From assembly GCA_003649205.1 (NCBI GenBank), contig QMRC01000003.1, positions 96,001 to 160,000 on the forward strand: DNA of 64,000 nt. Reading direction: 5' to 3'. Position numbers and translations under genes: made by a program. Below the pieces are notes generated by a model. The model ran no database searches, had not been told where the DNA came from, and worked only from the letters and a program-made list of their open reading frames with translations. This stretch comes from Thermoprotei archaeon (lineage in GTDB: Archaea; Thermoproteota; Thermoprotei; Thermoproteales; B15-G16). This document shows, in pieces, positions 58,941-64,000 of the stretch; within the stretch, counting starts at the first letter, position 1, and each line of letters opens with the position of its first letter.

Positions 58941-60047
58941 TTATACAACTAGTTTGCCTGTTTTCCTATCGAATATGTGTACCCTGTTGAAGTCAAGTAC
59001 GACCCATACTTCTTGACCTGCTGCAATTTCTGAGGCTGTTGATGCGGATTCAATGACCTTAATTATGTGATCACCAATCCTGACGTTGACTATGACCTCC
59101 CTACCAAGTGGTTCTGTAACGTACACTACACCCTTGATAGCTGATGTAGCTGGTCCCTTACTTATCTTGAGGTCTTCTGGTCTAACACCGAACACTACCT
59201 CGCTACTACTAGCTCTAGACCTAACGACTTCACCTAGCTCTCTAGGTAGCTCTATCTCAAATGACGTGAAGTCAAGTACATACCTACCATCTCTCTCCAC
59301 CAGTGAGCAATCGAGTAAGTTCATTGGTGGTGCACCTATGAATCCAGCAACGAACACATTCGCTGGTCTATTGTAGATCTCATCAGGTGGGCCATACTGC
59401 TGTAGCTTACCCTCATTCATGACTGCAATCCTGTCAGCTAAGGTCATAGCTTCTGCTTGGTCGTGCGTTACGTAGACAGTAGTTATCTTGAGCTCCTTCT
59501 GAAGTCTCTTCAACTCAGCTCTCATAAGTATCCTCAACTTAGCATCTAGGTTGCTAAGTGGCTCGTCTAGGAGGAAGACATCAGGTTGCTTCACAAGTGC
59601 TCTTGCTAGTGCTACTCTCTGCTGCTGACCACCAGAGAGCTGTGCTGGGTACCTATCCAGTAGGTGATCTATCTGAAGCATCTTAGCAACTTCCCTAACC
59701 CTCCTAGCGATCTCCTGCTTAGGTAACTTCTTTAACTTCAGTGGAAACGCTATGTTGTCAAACACGGTCATGTGTGGGTACAGTGCATAGCTCTGAAAGA
59801 CCATACCTATGTTCCGGTCCTTAGGAGGCCAGTCTGTTACATCAATCTCATCGAAGTATATCCTACCCTTAGTCGGTTTGTAGATGCCAGCTATACAGAA
59901 GAGAGTTGTTGTCTTACCACAACCAGAGGGACCTAGCAATACAACGAATTCACCATCCTTAATCTCTAGGTTTAAACCATCTACAGCCTTAACACTACCG
60001 AAGTACTTACAGAGATCAACTAACCTCACACTAACCACATACCTCAC
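58941..60047 (-). CDS. MalK/UgpC-type ABC ATPase (mirror copy)
   Basis: Same translation as 39382..40488. Confidence 0.93.
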   Translation of the reverse strand: MRYVVSVRLVDLCKYFGSVKAVDGLNLEIKDGEFVVLLGPSGCGKTTTLFCIAGIYKPTKGRIYFDEIDVTDWPPKDRNIGMVFQSYALYPHMTVFDNIAFPLKLKKLPKQEIARRVREVAKMLQIDHLLDRYPAQLSGGQQQRVALARALVKQPDVFLLDEPLSNLDAKLRILMRAELKRLQKELKITTVYVTHDQAEAMTLADRIAVMNEGKLQQYGPPDEIYNRPANVFVAGFIGAPPMNLLDCSLVERDGRYVLDFTSFEIELPRELGEVVRSRASSSEVVFGVRPEDLKISKGPATSAIKGVVYVTEPLGREVIVNVRIGDHIIKVIESASTASEIAAGQEVWVVLDFNRVHIFDRKTGKLVV

Positions 60048-60055
60048 CTCCTAGA

Positions 60056-60940
60056 TTAAGCACCCTTAACACCACCAACCTGAACCTGCATGAGATACTT
60101 CTGAGTTAAGACGAAGAAGACTAAGGGTGGTATACAGTAGAATAGTGCTGTTGCTGCTAGTAGTGAGTAGTCTACGTACCTAAACTCACCAATTAGGTTG
60201 AGTACGTGAACTGATAGTGGGAAGAGGTTGGGATCGAAGAGGAATGTGTATGCGAATATGAACTCATTCCAGCCTGCTAGAAATGCAAAGATCGATACAG
60301 CAGCTATACCTGGCTTGACCAGAGGTAGAATTACCTTCCTCCAGGCCTGTAACCTACTACATCCATCTACGAGAGCTGATGCCTCGACATCCCATGGTAT
60401 TGCGTCAAAGAATCCCTTAATCAACCAAGCCGCCATAGGTATTTCGAATGCTGCCTTAGCAATTATGACGCCAAATAGCGTATTGATCAGACCCATTAGG
60501 TGGAGTAGGTAGAATGTAGCTATGAGAAGTGTGATACCAGGGAAGGCGTGTAGTGCTATTATGAGGAGTAGCATCTTGTCTCTAAGTGGGAACTCTATTC
60601 TTGAGAGAGCATAACCAGCTAGTAGAGCAATCGATACCTCAAAGACCGTAACACCACCTGCTATGATTAGTGAGTTCAGTGCTATAGGCCATATCATCGG
60701 TATAGTGACTTCACCAAACTTGATCTCCTGCCATAAGAATCTCCAGCCCCTGATCGAGAAGTTTGTCGGTATGAAACCAACTAGTACCCTATCACTGATT
60801 GACTGCATGAAGAGCCATAGGTACATCATTATGAGTGGTATCGTAGCAGCAGTCATAACACCATATATCACAGCCTTCATCAATGCTCTCTTAATTCTAT
60901 ACGAGTACGGATTCACTACCGATCTCCTACCCCTATACAT
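60056..60940 (-). CDS. Carbohydrate ABC permease (mirror copy)
   Basis: Same translation as 38489..39373. Confidence 0.9.
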   Translation of the reverse strand: MYRGRRSVVNPYSYRIKRALMKAVIYGVMTAATIPLIMMYLWLFMQSISDRVLVGFIPTNFSIRGWRFLWQEIKFGEVTIPMIWPIALNSLIIAGGVTVFEVSIALLAGYALSRIEFPLRDKMLLLIIALHAFPGITLLIATFYLLHLMGLINTLFGVIIAKAAFEIPMAAWLIKGFFDAIPWDVEASALVDGCSRLQAWRKVILPLVKPGIAAVSIFAFLAGWNEFIFAYTFLFDPNLFPLSVHVLNLIGEFRYVDYSLLAATALFYCIPPLVFFVLTQKYLMQVQVGGVKGA

Positions 60941-60951
60941 GGCATCACCCC

Positions 60952-61941
60952 CTAAGCAATCTCAATCTTTGCAGGCGATATCATCCTCCTGAACTTGAAC
61001 ACCTTCATGTAAGCGACAACACATATAATCGAAACAATGACCAGCACCATAGCTAGTGCAGCGCCAAAACCTAGCTCAAGATGTTCAAATGCTTGGTGGT
61101 ATGCAAATAGCGACCAAACCTCTGTAGCATAGAATGGGCCACCATTGGTCACTATCAGGATGTACTCGTAAGATGCTAGGAGACTTAGCGTCTGCCACGC
61201 TGTAACAAACATGAGTGGCCACTTCAGCAGTGGTAGGATTATGTCCTTAATTATTCTCCACTCAGAAGCACCATCAACACGAGCAGCGATTATGTAGTCT
61301 CTAGGTATTGACTTGAGAGCTGATGAGAACACAATCATACCGAATGAACAACCAACGAAGCCGTTGATGAGTATTATGAAGAGCATGGGGTACTCCATCA
61401 ACCAGTTAATTGGCTTATCGCTGAGACCAAGAGCGAGAACAAATTGATTGAGTAAACCATACTCAGTTGGGTCAAGTACCCATAACCACAGTAGACCATA
61501 GACAACTGGTGGTGAGGATCGCGGTAGTAGCCAGAGAGCCCTATAGAAGAGAGCACTCCTCTCATCCATGTAGTAAGTGAGTAGAGCAAGGAGAAGACCA
61601 ACGAAGACATTCCACAGCAACGTACAGGAAACGTAGATTGCAGTATTCACAACAACCTTCATCGTAAATGGATGCTTACCTATGTTGAAGTAATTCTCAA
61701 GACCAACCCAATGCCACTCAGCTCTCCTAATACTCATGTCCGTAAACGAGAGAAAGACAGTTAGGAATACAGGACCAAACCAAAAGAGAGCAATCATGAC
61801 AATACATGGGCCTAGGAAGATGGTAAGTAGTAGGAACTTCCTAGCTCTAGGGCTCAGTTTACTCCTTGAACGATGTAGCCTTCTAGAGGACATCAGGGGT
61901 AATTGTGCAGGTAGGGTAAAAAAGAATTTCCTTTTAGACAT
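60952..61941 (-). CDS. Carbohydrate ABC permease (mirror copy)
   Basis: Same translation as 37488..38477. Confidence 0.9.
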   Translation of the reverse strand: MSKRKFFFTLPAQLPLMSSRRLHRSRSKLSPRARKFLLLTIFLGPCIVMIALFWFGPVFLTVFLSFTDMSIRRAEWHWVGLENYFNIGKHPFTMKVVVNTAIYVSCTLLWNVFVGLLLALLTYYMDERSALFYRALWLLPRSSPPVVYGLLWLWVLDPTEYGLLNQFVLALGLSDKPINWLMEYPMLFIILINGFVGCSFGMIVFSSALKSIPRDYIIAARVDGASEWRIIKDIILPLLKWPLMFVTAWQTLSLLASYEYILIVTNGGPFYATEVWSLFAYHQAFEHLELGFGAALAMVLVIVSIICVVAYMKVFKFRRMISPAKIEIA

Positions 61942-62099
61942 ATTGATGTATAAAGCGAGTTACTTATACCTATTCATTAATCCCTACTACTTTAGCTAGT
62001 TAAGAAACTGGTGAAAGTGTACGATCAGTGAATGATCTGGTCTCAGTATTGATCTCCTAAAATTACTTTTCTCTCCTAAGTACTACGGGTGATTCTCTC

Positions 62100-62429
62100 A
62101 TGACAGAAGTACGAGTAGCTAGGCTAAGCAATATAATCGAGGTAATCGACGAGGTATTTAATGGCGATACCTACGACTACTTACTCACTGCAATCCTGAA
62201 TAGGGACATAGATGGTGTTAAGACGGTAGTGGAGAAGGTAGCTCAAATAGTTTCCACAAGAACGGGTGTAGACCTAGGTACTGTACGTGTTCACGTGTAC
62301 GACTACGTTGTAGGTATTGTTGAGAGTATTATAGAGGATTTTGTTCTTCTGAAAAGAAAGCTTGAGGAACTTAGAGATTTAGATGCTAAGGGAGGTAGAG
62401 GGGGAGAAAATAGGGAGTTTACTCCGTGA
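62100..62429 (+). CDS. Hypothetical protein (mirror copy)
   Basis: Same translation as 37000..37329. Confidence 0.6.
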   Translation: MTEVRVARLSNIIEVIDEVFNGDTYDYLLTAILNRDIDGVKTVVEKVAQIVSTRTGVDLGTVRVHVYDYVVGIVESIIEDFVLLKRKLEELRDLDAKGGRGGENREFTP

Positions 62430-63936
62430 TCACGACTTCTTTAGCTAGCTCTGGATCTGCCTTTATTGAGTCTATCATGAACTTTAGTGCCTCATCTGGC
62501 TTCATCTTACCCATCTCAACAGCTGCAATAGCGTCAAAGATTATCTTCTTGTACTTGCTCCATAGTGGGTGCATTGGCTCGAATGTCGTGTAGTCTAGCA
62601 TGTATGCTACATCGCTTAGGAACTTAGCTTTCTTCATCTCTGGGTGCTCTAGGCTTGCCTTTCTAACGGGTATGTGTGCACTGCCAACAGCGTGCTTTAC
62701 ATCGAATTCTGGTTGCGTTACTAGTGCTAGTATTAGTGCAGCTACTTCTGGGTGCTTGCTCTGGCTAGTTATGACGTAGACGAATGGGTGTGATAGTGTT
62801 ACTGGTTTTCCACCCTTGTATCCACTTGGTACTAGCATGAATATGAAGTTCTCCCACAGGTATGACTCAGGTACCTTACCTAGCTTGGGGTGGTATGGTA
62901 CTTTTTGCCACTCAGCCCAGTGCCATGTACCACCGAACCAGAATAATGTCTGTCCTGAGACAACTGCTGTGTGTATGGATCTCCAGGACCACGTTGTCAT
63001 GTCTGACGGTATCACCTTGTAGACCTGTGCACCCTTATAGAACCACTCCAAGGCCTTCAGCATTGCGCCCTTCTTCAGCACCATCTTACCTGTTGCTGGA
63101 TCCCATAACTTACCACCGTAAGCTAGGTAGATCTGCCACAGCTCTCCACCAGGTGTTGGTCTATGTAGTATACCGTACTTAACCAATCCCTTCTCAACTG
63201 CTTTCTTAGCTAGCTCTAGCATGTCGTCTAGTGTGAATTCTCCGCTCTTCACCTTCTCTGGTAGTGCAGCTATCTCCTCGTCTGTCCACCCAAGTGCTTT
63301 AAGTGCTGGCTTCCAAACGTAGACTGGTCTAGCTTCTGTATCCTGTGGTATTGCCCATATGTGTCCCTTGTAGGTTACAGCTTCCCACAGTGGTTTTGGT
63401 ATGTCGTAGAATGCGAGGTCCCAGTACTTCTCCACATACTCATCCAGTGGTATTATAATTCCCTTCTCCGCTAGCATTGGTATCCACTCGTGACCTACAG
63501 CAATTATGTCTGGTAGCTTACCCGCCTCATAAGCTAAGTAAATCTTCTTCTCGTACTCAGCCCATGGACCTCTGTGGTAGTACTTCTCAACAACCTTAAC
63601 TTCAGCTGTAATACCGAGTGTCTTCAGTAACTCTGTCAGTAGCTTTGCAGCAGCCTCTGGATTATTAACTCTAGTTACTGATGCTGGGTCACCAGCACCC
63701 CAAACCCTTAACTCAATGGTGACACCTTTCTTCAGTTCCTCTAGCTCACTCTTCAGTTTCTCGTACTCCTTCTTCAATTTCTCATACTCTTCAGGTGGAA
63801 TACCAGTGGGAGGTGGCGGTGTGGGTGGAGCTGGTGGTGCTGGTCTTGGTATGGCGTAGTAGCCAATTGCTATACCAATTACTAAGCCAACTATGAGAAG
63901 TACTATCGCTAAGGTTAATGCTCTCTTCTCAGCCAT
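62419..63936 (-). CDS. Sugar ABC substrate-binding protein (mirror copy)
   Basis: Same translation as 35493..37010. Confidence 0.9.
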   Translation of the reverse strand: MAEKRALTLAIVLLIVGLVIGIAIGYYAIPRPAPPAPPTPPPPTGIPPEEYEKLKKEYEKLKSELEELKKGVTIELRVWGAGDPASVTRVNNPEAAAKLLTELLKTLGITAEVKVVEKYYHRGPWAEYEKKIYLAYEAGKLPDIIAVGHEWIPMLAEKGIIIPLDEYVEKYWDLAFYDIPKPLWEAVTYKGHIWAIPQDTEARPVYVWKPALKALGWTDEEIAALPEKVKSGEFTLDDMLELAKKAVEKGLVKYGILHRPTPGGELWQIYLAYGGKLWDPATGKMVLKKGAMLKALEWFYKGAQVYKVIPSDMTTWSWRSIHTAVVSGQTLFWFGGTWHWAEWQKVPYHPKLGKVPESYLWENFIFMLVPSGYKGGKPVTLSHPFVYVITSQSKHPEVAALILALVTQPEFDVKHAVGSAHIPVRKASLEHPEMKKAKFLSDVAYMLDYTTFEPMHPLWSKYKKIIFDAIAAVEMGKMKPDEALKFMIDSIKADPELAKEVVITE

Positions 63937-64000
63937 ATTAATGACCCTCGTGCTATAAGACACAATAGCCCTATTTAAAACTTTTCTATCCCGAATATAC

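Larger units (their letters stand above)
35429..64000. repeat. Spacer-less palindrome, arms of at least 14,286 bp, centre 49714|49715
   Basis: Every ORF pair sums to 99429 with identical translations; the last 40 nt are the reverse complement of 35429-35468. Confidence 0.99.

Noticed and set aside
49715-64000. Genuine paralogous duplication or transposon-bounded inversion
   Set aside because: No divergence seen, no spacer, and no transposase or integrase in the window
1-64000. CRISPR array, rRNA genes, IS elements
   Set aside because: No spaced direct repeats, rRNA-length conserved blocks or transposase motifs seen

Overview
Archaeal chromosomal DNA, most consistent with a Thermoprotei (crenarchaeal) lineage: eL38, TiaS, Tsr3, archaeal RNase P RNA, box C/D sRNAs and GGTGA-type RBSs. 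1-12.6 kb holds membrane proteins, an ABC exporter, a large SF2 helicase and two apparently inactivated metallopeptidases. 12.7-28.4 kb is an RNA-processing/modification neighbourhood: RNase P RNA, tsr3, tiaS, a beta-CASP RNase, rpl38e, radical SAM genes, tmcA, an ASCH gene and several small guide RNAs. It also contains an unusual MtrA(corrinoid-binding)-thymidylate synthase fusion. 28.5-49.6 kb holds two sugar ABC systems, GDPD, Fe-ADH, glmS with a nucleotidyltransferase, and an amidohydrolase. From 35429 to the window end the sequence is a spacer-less palindrome centred at 49714|49715, inside the 3' acceptor stem of tRNA-His, so 49715-64000 is a mirror of 35429-49714. This is probably a fold-back artefact, but a hairpin end or head-to-head fusion is not excluded. 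All calls come from motif recognition by eye; no searches were run.
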